From assembly GCA_041178425.1 (NCBI GenBank), contig JBEGVH010000010.1:32001-96000 (forward strand): 64,000 nucleotides of DNA. The letters are read 5' to 3'. The position numbers were made by a program, and so were the translations under genes. Shown piece by piece: positions 39,620 to 49,266 of this stretch (positions are counted from its first letter, which is position 1; each line of letters begins with the position of its first letter). Under the pieces are notes generated by a model that had not been told where the DNA came from, ran no database searches, and saw only the letters and a program-made list of their open reading frames with translations. Source of the stretch: Pseudomonadota bacterium. Its GTDB lineage: Bacteria > Bdellovibrionota > Bdellovibrionia > Bdellovibrionales > Bdellovibrionaceae.

Positions 39620-42600
39620 ACACCATCGTAAAGGCAGGAGCTGGGGCGGGAAAAACCTATGGTCTTATCCATAAAATTGTTGATCTCGTTCGTGAATTCA
39701 CGCAGCAAAATAACGGAGAGCTTCCCCGTTTTGTTGTAACTACTTTTACTCGTAAGGCCACACAAGAGGTACGCGAGAGACTTTTGGCAAAGGCACTTGA
39801 AATTCGTAAAGTAGACCCTATCTTTGGCGATCTCTTTCTGAAATTTTTGAGAACATCAGGACTCCTTCTCGTCTCCACCATTCATGGCGTCCTAAACCAG
39901 TTTCTGCGCGCTCACGGCTCTTTGATCGGCCTTGATCGACAATTTCAAATCGTAAAATCTCATGACCGATTGATCACTGACATTCTCCATCATCAGCTAG
40001 AAAATCAATCCAAAATGGATGATTTGGTCATGGCGTATGGTTGGAGCCAAATCAGGTTTCTTTTTCTCTCCTATCACCGCGCCTCCATGTTTAATCCTAA
40101 TATTTTACAACTATCAAAAAGCTCACTAGAATCATATTGGGACAACCAAATTGGTACCCTTCAGAACCTCACCAACAGCTTGCTCCCTTATGTTTCACAG
40201 TTGGCTCTTTCAAAAAAAACTGAGACTCTCAGAAAACTGGCAGATTCCTTGGAAGCCTTGTCTTCCTGCTTAAATGCCCCCTCTGATCGATGGAGTAAGC
40301 TGCAGGCTCTACCGAGTCTTCAAAAACAAATTCCAACCCGTTTAGGCTCGCTCGCCAACTGGGATGAATCGGCAAAGGCAACTCGTGAAGAACTAATGAA
40401 AACTCTCAAGGATATTTCAGATAACCCCTGGACTGATCTGCAAAAAATTATAGATCACCAGACCTTCGAAAAAGAGGTCATTGAGCTAGCTAGAGATTTT
40501 TCTCATCAATTTATAAAGAAAAAGATAGAACTTGGTGAAATCGAACTCGAAGATCTCGAGTTTTTATCTCTCTACATTATTCGAAATTTTTCACCTCAAA
40601 CAGAAGCGTTTTCCAAAAACTGGAATTACTGGTTTATTGATGAGTACCAAGATACAAGCCCCATTCAAGTTGAAATTCTGCAACGGCTAATCAACGATTG
40701 TCCTCACTACGTCGTTGGAGATCCTCAGCAATCTATTTACTTTTTTAGGGGAGCTCGAAGCAAAGTATTTAACGAAAAAATCGAATCTTTTAGCCAGTCG
40801 ATGGCAAAGGTTGAGATCAAGACGATCAACCGAAGATCCATGACACCAACGCTTCACTTTATCAATGACCTTATGGATGTCGTAAATCGACATCAATTTA
40901 GCGCCATGGATTCCATCGAAAGCAATCATTCCGACCAATTGCTTGTTGGACATTTTTACCTTGTCACCGATGAAGAGAAAAACCGAGGACAGGATGTCTT
41001 AAAAGCCATCGAAAAACTACTTCATAGCGGCGTATTACCGTCTGACATTGCTGTTCTCTGCCGTGAAAACAACGAGATTTTTGAATTATTTAAAGATCTT
41101 AGCGAATCAGGCGTCCCGGTCCAGATTTTTTCTCAAGGTCGCTTTACAGAAGACCGAGAAGTTCGGGACGCTTTATGCCTCTGGCATTTTTTAGTAAATC
41201 CATTTGATAATCAAAATCTTATCGAGCTTTTACGATCTCCGGGATTTCTTGTAAGGACTGAGCTTTTGCTGGAATCTTCAAAACATAAAGACAAAGAACT
41301 CTGGAATTCATTGAAGGGCTCGAATGATCCAGTGATTCAGAGACTGCAAACGGCTCTTGAACAGCTCAATACCATTGGCCACCTTGAGGTTTGGCAAAAA
41401 CAAATTCTCGAATCTAAACTTTTTGAATTATGCAATCACGAAGATCCCACTGGCCGTAAAGAGGGCAATCTTTGGAAGTTAATCACTCATATCCAAGAGC
41501 ACATTCATCAAGGAACTCTCAATTATACCGATCCTCTTTCTTTGAAGGTCAACACTGAAGAGGCAGGAGAGAGCGAAGCTCGCTCTCTCCGCGAATCTAA
41601 TCAGGTTAAATTAATGACCATTCACGCTTCAAAGGGATTAGAATTTGATCATGTATTGATTCCTTATCTCAATCATCAACGAAAAAAAGAATCCGCTGAA
41701 CTACTAACTACTGATTTAGAAAATTCAACCTGGTCTCTCAGTCTATTAGAAAAGGATACCGGAAAAAAAATTCCAAGCTACTTTTCGCAGCAAGTGGCTG
41801 AGGATATTTCACGTCTGTTGAGCGAAGAGGATGAACGACTCTTTTACGTAGCGATCACTAGGGCAAAGAAAACTCTCCATTTTTTTCCTCCGGAGCGATC
41901 CGAGGACACCTCGAATACGGGCTGGGCTCGGCATCTCACCGACTTTACATCAAAGGGGCCAGGACACTATCAATCGAAAACTGCGGGGCACTACGAGTTT
42001 GCCGCAGAACGATCTGCCGATCTCCTTCGCTATGACTGTTCGATTGCTCCAGAAACGTCCCAGAGAGAGCGGCTCCCTTTTATCGTCAGCAAGGAGATCC
42101 TGAAAAAACGGTCAGTGTCCATTACTCAACTTCTCAGAGCAGCTGAATCGACATCTTCAAATACCGGTAACAATCGATTTGATGTTTCGAATATCGTGAA
42201 AGGAACATTTACCCATAAGCAGATGGAAAGTTTTGGAAGCGCACGAACAATAGATATTTTGCCGCCTGAACTAAAACTTTTTATATCGAATTCAGAGATT
42301 CCCTTTCAACGAATTATTGCCAACGGATATGTGGAATGGCCTTTTAGCCTTTGTGACTCCGATCAAGTCATCGAAGGGCAGATAGACCTTTGGGGAAGAG
42401 ATGATCAAAATCAAATTTGGATCATCGATTATAAAACTGGATCTCCGAATTTCGCTGCCAAGGCTTTTGAGCAAATGAAGCTCTATGCTTGGTGCCTGCT
42501 AAAAATGAGACTTATTAATGAGAATGACAGCATCACCCTTACCGTATGCTATCCTTTTGCCAACAGGAGTCTTACCGAGTCAATTAAGGGTAGTGAATTA

Positions 42601-42627
42601 GCTTCGCCTAGTAACAAAAATGACTAA
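39580..42627 (+). CDS. addA: AddA-like UvrD helicase/nuclease
   Basis: AGAGAGKT, TFTRKA, DEYQD, VGDPQQSIY.FRGA, MTIHASKGLEF and YVAITRA; C-terminal GQIDL..IDYKTG. Start uncertain (39565, 39580 or 39592). Confidence 0.87.
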   Translation: MEILVSSSKSEFVNTIVKAGAGAGKTYGLIHKIVDLVREFTQQNNGELPRFVVTTFTRKATQEVRERLLAKALEIRKVDPIFGDLFLKFLRTSGLLLVSTIHGVLNQFLRAHGSLIGLDRQFQIVKSHDRLITDILHHQLENQSKMDDLVMAYGWSQIRFLFLSYHRASMFNPNILQLSKSSLESYWDNQIGTLQNLTNSLLPYVSQLALSKKTETLRKLADSLEALSSCLNAPSDRWSKLQALPSLQKQIPTRLGSLANWDESAKATREELMKTLKDISDNPWTDLQKIIDHQTFEKEVIELARDFSHQFIKKKIELGEIELEDLEFLSLYIIRNFSPQTEAFSKNWNYWFIDEYQDTSPIQVEILQRLINDCPHYVVGDPQQSIYFFRGARSKVFNEKIESFSQSMAKVEIKTINRRSMTPTLHFINDLMDVVNRHQFSAMDSIESNHSDQLLVGHFYLVTDEEKNRGQDVLKAIEKLLHSGVLPSDIAVLCRENNEIFELFKDLSESGVPVQIFSQGRFTEDREVRDALCLWHFLVNPFDNQNLIELLRSPGFLVRTELLLESSKHKDKELWNSLKGSNDPVIQRLQTALEQLNTIGHLEVWQKQILESKLFELCNHEDPTGRKEGNLWKLITHIQEHIHQGTLNYTDPLSLKVNTEEAGESEARSLRESNQVKLMTIHASKGLEFDHVLIPYLNHQRKKESAELLTTDLENSTWSLSLLEKDTGKKIPSYFSQQVAEDISRLLSEEDERLFYVAITRAKKTLHFFPPERSEDTSNTGWARHLTDFTSKGPGHYQSKTAGHYEFAAERSADLLRYDCSIAPETSQRERLPFIVSKEILKKRSVSITQLLRAAESTSSNTGNNRFDVSNIVKGTFTHKQMESFGSARTIDILPPELKLFISNSEIPFQRIIANGYVEWPFSLCDSDQVIEGQIDLWGRDDQNQIWIIDYKTGSPNFAAKAFEQMKLYAWCLLKMRLINENDSITLTVCYPFANRSLTESIKGSELASPSNKND

Positions 42628-43510
42628 GAAAAGAGCCATTATCGAACTCATTCTCGCAGATCTTTTTTGGGGTTTTTCCTTCGTTGCCATTCCTATGGCG
42701 CAAGAGCTATGGACCAGCTCGCAAATAACTTTTTTGCGATTTGCTGGTTCTTCGATTGTCGGTGTTATTTATTTTATTCTTTTGCAAGCAGAGCGACCCA
42801 CGCGCAAAGAACTCTTTTTAGGTTTAGGCCCGGGCCTTATGTTTGTTTTAACGATTTTTTTTCAAACTTTGGGCCTTGAATACACGACCCCATCGAAAAG
42901 TAGTTTTATTACTGTACTCTACGTTCTCATTGTTCCAATGATTGAATCTAAGGTACTTAAGAGACCCCTTGGAACCTCTTTTTGGATGTTTCTGCTGGGC
43001 TCGCTCGTCGGTTTATCACTCCTTTTAAAATTACAATTTAACGATTGGAATTGGGGAGATTCAATCACTCTTATTTGCGCCCTATCAGCCAGTTGGCATA
43101 TTCACCAAGTTGGTCACTTGTCGAAGATCTTCACGAATCCAATTAAATTTAATTTTATTCAGTGTTTCTGGGCCGCTGTCTTTATTTCACCACTGAGCCT
43201 ATCTGAAACAAAGTCATGGATACCCGCATCCCCCAAGATTGCAGGGATTTTTAGTCTACTTATGATTATTTTTGGCGCGACGATAGTGGCTTTTGCAATT
43301 CAGGTGCGGGCCCAGAGAACTCTCTCTTTATCTACAAGCGCTACTCTGTTTTTATTAGAGTCACCATTTGCGATGATTTTCTCTTGGCTTGTTTTGAAAG
43401 AACAAATAACTCTCGTTCAGATTACAGGCGCTGCCGTTATTTTTATCTGCTGTTATGGAGCTATCAGAACAGTGGGAGACAAAGTTGCCTTGCAGGATCT
43501 ACCTAAGTAG
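42620..43510 (+). CDS. DMT/EamA family transporter
   Basis: About 10 TM segments in two repeats; WG.SF, FLRF and LESPFA. Confidence 0.88.
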   Translation: MTKKRAIIELILADLFWGFSFVAIPMAQELWTSSQITFLRFAGSSIVGVIYFILLQAERPTRKELFLGLGPGLMFVLTIFFQTLGLEYTTPSKSSFITVLYVLIVPMIESKVLKRPLGTSFWMFLLGSLVGLSLLLKLQFNDWNWGDSITLICALSASWHIHQVGHLSKIFTNPIKFNFIQCFWAAVFISPLSLSETKSWIPASPKIAGIFSLLMIIFGATIVAFAIQVRAQRTLSLSTSATLFLLESPFAMIFSWLVLKEQITLVQITGAAVIFICCYGAIRTVGDKVALQDLPK

Positions 43511-43515
43511 AGCCT

Positions 43516-44886
43516 TTACGCGGCAACCTTCGTGTTAAGCATTACTCTATTTCTACCGCTTCTTTTGGCTTCATATAATGCCTCATCCGCATTCCCAATC
43601 AGATCGGTAGGAGTTTTACCATGATTAGGGAAAACGCTTAAACCAATACTCGCAGTAATTTTGAGTGGTTTTTCAAGCCCTGGCGCTGGTATGACCATAC
43701 TCTCAATCGCAGCTCTCAACCGCTCGCCAATAGATTGCAATGTCGGCTCATCGAGATTGGGAACTATTATTGCGAACTCTTCGCCACCATATCTTGCGGG
43801 GACGTCGGTCGATCGACAAAATGCTTTAAGACACTGTGCCATCGCTTTTAGAACAATATCACCAACGAGGTGACCGTAGGTATCATTCACTTTCTTAAAG
43901 TGATCGACATCTAACAACATCAACCCAAGGGTTTTTTTACGCTCACCGTGCTCTCTTAGTTCATTCTCCAGACGAACTTTAAAATAACGGTGATTATAAA
44001 GCTCTGTCATTTCGTCGGTCATGGCTTTCTTAAATAATTCACGGTTATCCATCGAAAAGCTCAGCGGCTCGCAGATGGTCTCCAAAAGATTTTCATCTTC
44101 GTAAAGAAACTCAGCCTTTTTAGCAAAAACAAAGAACTTCTGTCGCTCAGAGTCGTCGAGGTAACGGAAGCTCAACCAACTGTACCCACCGACAGTCTGA
44201 TAAGATAGTTCATTGCCCAAAAGGGGTTCCTTAATTAACTCTGATAGATCTCTAATACCACGATGATCTAAATTTCCATTGTCGGAGTAGGCAAGTAGGC
44301 TCGGCTGGGCCCCAGGCTCATCCTGTTTTAAGTAAAGAGCCAAATCCATTTTTAAAATACCAGTTAAATGGCTGAAGAGATTTCTCAACATCACCAAGGG
44401 GTCATCAAAAGTGGTTGTGCGCTCGAGCACATCACGAATAAGAGAAATCTGAAAAAGATGCTGATCGAGAGCCTTAATAGTCTCTTCTTTTTTTTCTAGC
44501 TCTTGATGATATTTTCGATTGAGTACTTCTTCGAGCGATACGTCTTTAAAGTAAAGAATGACTTTATAACTACCAGTGTTCTCACGTACACTTTTCCAAG
44601 TGACCTGCATTCGCCCTTCACGGGTCTTCGTTCGAAAAGGAACTTCTCTGACTGGAGATTCAAGCGATGTTCTCGTTGCTGACTTTACTCGATCCCAGTC
44701 GAATTCTTCAATTTGAAGCAGTTCAAAAACCTTTTTCTTACGAATACTTGCCAAAGAGGTTTCTTCTACGAGATTTGCAAAACTCGGATTAAAATAAACA
44801 GCCTGTAGATCTTCATTGACAATGCAGATTGCATCTACAAAGTTATCGAAAACATCGGGTCTTAGATCAAACTTCACAAAAACCAC
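43516..44886 (-). CDS. PAS-domain diguanylate cyclase
   Basis: DVDHFKKVNDTYGH..GD, RSTD I-site and RYGGEEF; N-terminal PAS-like region. Confidence 0.92.
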   Translation of the reverse strand: MVFVKFDLRPDVFDNFVDAICIVNEDLQAVYFNPSFANLVEETSLASIRKKKVFELLQIEEFDWDRVKSATRTSLESPVREVPFRTKTREGRMQVTWKSVRENTGSYKVILYFKDVSLEEVLNRKYHQELEKKEETIKALDQHLFQISLIRDVLERTTTFDDPLVMLRNLFSHLTGILKMDLALYLKQDEPGAQPSLLAYSDNGNLDHRGIRDLSELIKEPLLGNELSYQTVGGYSWLSFRYLDDSERQKFFVFAKKAEFLYEDENLLETICEPLSFSMDNRELFKKAMTDEMTELYNHRYFKVRLENELREHGERKKTLGLMLLDVDHFKKVNDTYGHLVGDIVLKAMAQCLKAFCRSTDVPARYGGEEFAIIVPNLDEPTLQSIGERLRAAIESMVIPAPGLEKPLKITASIGLSVFPNHGKTPTDLIGNADEALYEAKRSGRNRVMLNTKVAA

Positions 44887-44901
44887 CTTACAGTTGTTTT
44901 A

Positions 44902-44928
44902 CTATCGGTAGTTAAAAATTAAAACTCA
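44902..44928 (-). promoter_or_regulatory. Putative sigma28 promoter of the diguanylate cyclase
   Basis: TGAG-N15-ACCGATAG immediately upstream of the start codon. Confidence 0.45.
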
Positions 44929-45015
44929 ATGGAAGAGCAGGAAAACTAGACCTGGTTTATCTTTCTTAACTGGGGGGATGTCTGTCTTGGCATTCGCCTG
45001 GCCTTAGCTCCAGAT

Positions 45016-46815
45016 TTAACTGGCAGCGTTTTGTCGCTGATTCAAAGCAATACCGGCCGTATTGAACCAATCGACCACACTCGGGTTTAACTCATTTACG
45101 AAAGGCACAATGATATCAAACGTTGTACCCATTCCTACTTTCGACTTTACTGAAAGGCTTCCACCCATGCTTTCAATGTGCTTTAACACGGCTGTTAAAC
45201 CAACGCCTCGTCCAGAAGTTACAGTCGCACTCGATCGAGTTGAAAAGCCCTGATCAAAAATGTGCATAATAACTTGGTCGTCGGACTCATGGGCAGTCTC
45301 AATTCCTCTTTCGGCTAACTTATTCCTAATAGCCTCTGGGTTGATACCGCGACCATCGTCACTAATCGAAATATGAATATTTTGTGTTTTATCTCGCATG
45401 CTTTCGAAAACGGCTAACTGAATAACAATCTTCGCCTGAGGTTCTTTATCAAACGCAACTCTCTCTTCAGACGTCTCGATCCCGTGATCAATAATATTAT
45501 TAAAGATGTGAACCATTTGCTCGAACAGCGCGCTATAAAATTCGGGAATGACCTTAATTTTATGAGTATCAATCACTTTGAATTCGACAGGCTTATCCTG
45601 ACTCAACGACTGCGAATATATACTGGCCTCAATGGGAGCAAAAAGACTTGCAAACGGAACGGCAACAATTTCGTCGACATAGTACTTTAATAAGTCTGTA
45701 AGGCCCATCTTGAGGAGTTCAGCACAAAACTTGTAGATGTTATTTGTAGGAATTTCTTTTGTAATTGATTCTTTGCCTTCGAAATTAAAGATTCTTTTAT
45801 GTTTTTGTAAAAACTCATCCAAAGAAACCTGCATCTCTTGCCCAAGAAAATGAATTAAATTTTCACTCTCAACCAAGTTGCTATTATTCTTACAGTAAGT
45901 GAGTATTTCATCTTCGGTTTGATGAATCTTATATCCAAGAGCATACATAGAAAGCGTGTTCAGCCCACCCTTTAGAGTGTGCAACTGACGAGTGAGATCT
46001 TCGAATTGGGCCCTCATGTCTTCTTGGCTAAAAACCCACGATTTCATTGAGTCTGTTGTCTCACGGTACATTTGAATCATTCGACTAAAATTCGACTTGC
46101 TATTCAGGTACTTTATCACCATGTCAGTAAAAAGCTTTTGTTCCCCAAGCTTACGCTCAGCCTCAGCTTTTTCCGATACGTCGATAAGTATGACCACCAG
46201 TTCTATGACTTTATTATCATCTGGGTTTCGAATTGGCTTGTATTTAATTTCAATTTTTTGATTTTCATGATTCTCATCTTTTGCAGACGGAAGAATTTTT
46301 GGAGCCAGATCAATAAGATCGTCGAATGGAATTATCTCTTCGAAAACCATGTTCATCCACTCGCTAAAAGATTCTTTTTCGTCTGAGGGAATATTTAATA
46401 TATCACTCAAATGCTCGCCTACGGGTTCTCTACCCAAAAAGTTTTTGGCGGCTAAAGATACAACCTGACCACACTTTCCAGCCTTATCGATGACAAGAAA
46501 CCCTTCATCGAGGCTGTTCACCATTGCCGTAATTGCGTTGTTTATGAAGCGAAATCTTTCATTCGCTTCATAAAGTTCTTTTGTCGAAACCTCTAAACTC
46601 CTATTAGCCAATTCCAGCATGGTTTCGTTCTGTGAAAACGAATTGTCAATGCTGTCAAGAAAAGCCCCGAATTGAGAAAATCTCTCAGCCCAGACGGATC
46701 CATCATTGATGGCTGTCCCGGCTTTAAGAGTTTCAACAACCCCGAGGAGTTCACTTTCGAATTCCTCGGTGCCTAGGGTCTTCTTAATTTGTCTTTGGAG
46801 TTTCTTACTTCGCAT
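45016..46815 (-). CDS. CheA-like histidine kinase (PAS-like, HPt, HATPase; no CheW domain)
   Basis: LHTLKG (HPt); HIFNNIIDHGIE, DDGRG, IFDQGFST and SGRGVGL (class II kinase boxes). Confidence 0.85.
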   Translation of the reverse strand: MRSKKLQRQIKKTLGTEEFESELLGVVETLKAGTAINDGSVWAERFSQFGAFLDSIDNSFSQNETMLELANRSLEVSTKELYEANERFRFINNAITAMVNSLDEGFLVIDKAGKCGQVVSLAAKNFLGREPVGEHLSDILNIPSDEKESFSEWMNMVFEEIIPFDDLIDLAPKILPSAKDENHENQKIEIKYKPIRNPDDNKVIELVVILIDVSEKAEAERKLGEQKLFTDMVIKYLNSKSNFSRMIQMYRETTDSMKSWVFSQEDMRAQFEDLTRQLHTLKGGLNTLSMYALGYKIHQTEDEILTYCKNNSNLVESENLIHFLGQEMQVSLDEFLQKHKRIFNFEGKESITKEIPTNNIYKFCAELLKMGLTDLLKYYVDEIVAVPFASLFAPIEASIYSQSLSQDKPVEFKVIDTHKIKVIPEFYSALFEQMVHIFNNIIDHGIETSEERVAFDKEPQAKIVIQLAVFESMRDKTQNIHISISDDGRGINPEAIRNKLAERGIETAHESDDQVIMHIFDQGFSTRSSATVTSGRGVGLTAVLKHIESMGGSLSVKSKVGMGTTFDIIVPFVNELNPSVVDWFNTAGIALNQRQNAAS

Positions 46816-47963
46816 TAATCCATCTCTGTGTAATAGCTTACTGTCATTGTTTGATTGTGCAGTTTACAGTCTGAGACGAAACCAAATGGGCAAATTTCGC
46901 CGTAAGAGTAAAAGCCAGTTACTGTTCCTTTTTGCATAACAGCTTGAACAGCATCCACTTCTTCCTCGATATCATCTGCCATGACTAGTTTGCGCCCCAC
47001 ACAGCTAACAAGAATTGCAAACGCATCTTGAGGCTTGCCGTCGCCCATGCTGCTTAACGCCCACTGAGCTGCACCCGAAGCTCCGTTGACCAGATTGGCC
47101 GTTTTAGCGCTCATCAAACGAACTATGCTGTTCTCTGGCATATCGCCCGCAAAAGTGAGTGAACCTTCTTTTTCGTCAACAGCCAGAATTGTTCTGATAA
47201 GACCAGTTTGGTCACCATTTTCTTTCAAGATCGCAAATGGGAACAGCAATCCTGAAGCAGGAAGACCCTTCGCGTGGTCACCGAGGTATTTTTTGTAAAG
47301 CTCCAAAGCTGGTTCTCCATCTAAGGTGTAAAGAACATTAGCTTTAGACTTTGTCACACGACGAACTGGTCCAAACGGCTCCCAGCCCCCCATTGATCCA
47401 AAACCAATTTTCACGGCGTTGTCATAAAAACCAATTCCAGCCGCAATGTTTGATCCTACTTTTTCATTACAAAGAACATATGTTTTTTGGAAGGCTCCCG
47501 CGTCGCCAGCAAGTCCACCAGTGATGACTGTTTCGCTGCTCACTTGAGATTTAATGCCCGCGATGAAATCGCTACCATTAACATTAACACCCTGAGAAAG
47601 AACAAATACGCCATTGAGACCTTGTTTAGAAAGGCTACTTGCTAGTTGGCTTCCAGAGTTTCTTGAACCTTCAGCTCCAGTGATTTCGCACCATGCAGCA
47701 CGAATATTTGGTCGCTTAAGATTAACACCTGTCACAACCAATCGGTTGTCATGAACCCCATCATTACCAATTTCTCCGGCTGTAGAACAACCAATAATTT
47801 CCGCCTTAGGAAAAATGGCTTTCAAACGTTGTCCCAAAGATCCATCTTCAAAGTAAGATGGATGACCAAACACTGTAATCCAGCTTGGTTGCTCCGCTTG
47901 AACTTTACTGAGGTCGGCTGCCGTAAAGTCTTTTTTAGTTAGTGTAACCTGACATGTCTTCAT
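46815..47963 (-). CDS. FIST-domain sensor (NosP-like)
   Basis: IGCSTAGEI, GGLAGD, SCVGRK and GFYSYGEI..LHNQTM. Confidence 0.92.
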   Translation of the reverse strand: MKTCQVTLTKKDFTAADLSKVQAEQPSWITVFGHPSYFEDGSLGQRLKAIFPKAEIIGCSTAGEIGNDGVHDNRLVVTGVNLKRPNIRAAWCEITGAEGSRNSGSQLASSLSKQGLNGVFVLSQGVNVNGSDFIAGIKSQVSSETVITGGLAGDAGAFQKTYVLCNEKVGSNIAAGIGFYDNAVKIGFGSMGGWEPFGPVRRVTKSKANVLYTLDGEPALELYKKYLGDHAKGLPASGLLFPFAILKENGDQTGLIRTILAVDEKEGSLTFAGDMPENSIVRLMSAKTANLVNGASGAAQWALSSMGDGKPQDAFAILVSCVGRKLVMADDIEEEVDAVQAVMQKGTVTGFYSYGEICPFGFVSDCKLHNQTMTVSYYTEMD

Positions 47964-47979
47964 CAAATCCTCCTTGGAT

Positions 47980-48489
47980 CTATCGTTTATGTAAAACTAA
48001 TTCAACAATCGCTTCATCGCCATCAAGGTCATAGTTCATTATGAGTTTTTGGCCGCTTAAAGCGTTAACAACTACGTGGTTCTCGCCGATTATTACAACC
48101 GGTAAGCACATTTGGTAATGGTACCCCTGAAGATTCAAATCTTCTTTGGCAATACCATGAATGACATTGGCCAATTCAGCCACGCCGCCAATAACTCTGT
48201 TATCAACGACTGAAAGTTCGTCTCCATAGACACGACTTAAAAGTCGCAATACGGATTCTTGACGAAATCGAATGGCAAGAGTGCCCTCAACCTTATCTTG
48301 AATGAATGCTATAATCCCTGAAATTTCAAATCGATCGCTGATATTTTTATCGGACCGTTCGACATGCTTTAAAATAGGATTGAACCCCATAAACGAGCTG
48401 AAAGTTTCAAGCATCGCCTTATCGATTATTTTTACCATTTCATCATCAAGATGGAGTTGAGCTTCGCTCTTTTTTCTAACAGCACTCAT
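47980..48489 (-). CDS. cheX: CheX phosphatase
   Basis: ISGIIAF...EG, GVAELANVIHG.AK and LPVVI.G. Confidence 0.85.
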   Translation of the reverse strand: MSAVRKKSEAQLHLDDEMVKIIDKAMLETFSSFMGFNPILKHVERSDKNISDRFEISGIIAFIQDKVEGTLAIRFRQESVLRLLSRVYGDELSVVDNRVIGGVAELANVIHGIAKEDLNLQGYHYQMCLPVVIIGENHVVVNALSGQKLIMNYDLDGDEAIVELVLHKR

Positions 48490-48507
48490 CGAATCGACCC
48501 TCAAATC

Positions 48508-48912
48508 CTAAGCAGCAGACGCTGAAGTTAAAATTCGCTCGATTTTACTTGCTAACTGACGGGGTGAAAAAGGTTTGATTACATAGTCGGAAACACCCGC
48601 TTTTAAGGCCGTCACTACGCTTTTTTGCTCTCGCTCAGCGGTGATCATGATAAAGGGAATATTTTTGAAGTTCTCATCAGCTTTACATTTTTGAACAACT
48701 TCAATCCCAGTCATTTTGGGCATATTCCAGTCGAGGAATACAAGATCAAATGGTTGACCCGCCTCTTTAGCTTTAGAAATTTTATCGAGAGCATCAAGTC
48801 CATCAACAGCCTCTGTAAGATCGGTATAGCCGAGTTGCTTCAATGCTTGTTTTAACAAGGATCGTATCATTTCGAAGTCATCTACTAATAAAATTCTAAG
48901 CTGTTTACTCAT
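48508..48912 (-). CDS. cheY: CheY-like single-domain response regulator
   Basis: LVDD, DWNMP, MITAE and KPF. Confidence 0.85.
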   Translation of the reverse strand: MSKQLRILLVDDFEMIRSLLKQALKQLGYTDLTEAVDGLDALDKISKAKEAGQPFDLVFLDWNMPKMTGIEVVQKCKADENFKNIPFIMITAEREQKSVVTALKAGVSDYVIKPFSPRQLASKIERILTSASAA

Positions 48913-49063
48913 CTATCCTCCAACCTTTAAATCAACTCTTCTCCATGTGAGCAGACTATCACAGTAGAGAGAGCAACAAAGGGCCAATTTACAAAAACCA
49001 ACCAATTGCCAGCAGGCTTTACTCCAGTCTTGAATCAAGACAGTTGAAGTCTGCCGCCCCTTT

Positions 49064-49091
49064 TCTTCGGCGATTCAAAAGGAAACCTTTA
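49064..49091 (-). promoter_or_regulatory. Putative sigma28 promoter of the cheY operon
   Basis: TAAA-N16-GCCGAAGA about 150 nt upstream of cheY. Confidence 0.4.
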
Positions 49092-49266
49092 TAACTTTAT
49101 CAAAAAAAATATTCTTCGGACCCGTGAACATTTCTTGAAACGACCCAAAACTGGCCCATCGTATAGAACTTAAACAACCAAAGAGTCTTTAATCTCAATT
49201 AGTCTCAATTTGAGACGGCATTCGCCGTGCAAGGCTCTCAACTTAAGTTTTGGAGGTCGCGACTCA

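Noticed and set aside
36977..42627. Helicase plus Cas4-like nuclease as a defence or CRISPR system
   Set aside because: The architecture matches housekeeping AddAB, and there is no CRISPR array or cas gene in the window.
48972..48987. TTGGCCCTTTGTTGCT (minus strand) upstream of cheY as a sigma54 promoter
   Set aside because: The GG-to-GC spacing is 9 nt, and sigma54 strictly needs 10.
48913..49266. Long intergenic region as a c-di-GMP riboswitch or sRNA
   Set aside because: I could not find the GEMM consensus elements by eye. An Infernal/Rfam scan would be needed.
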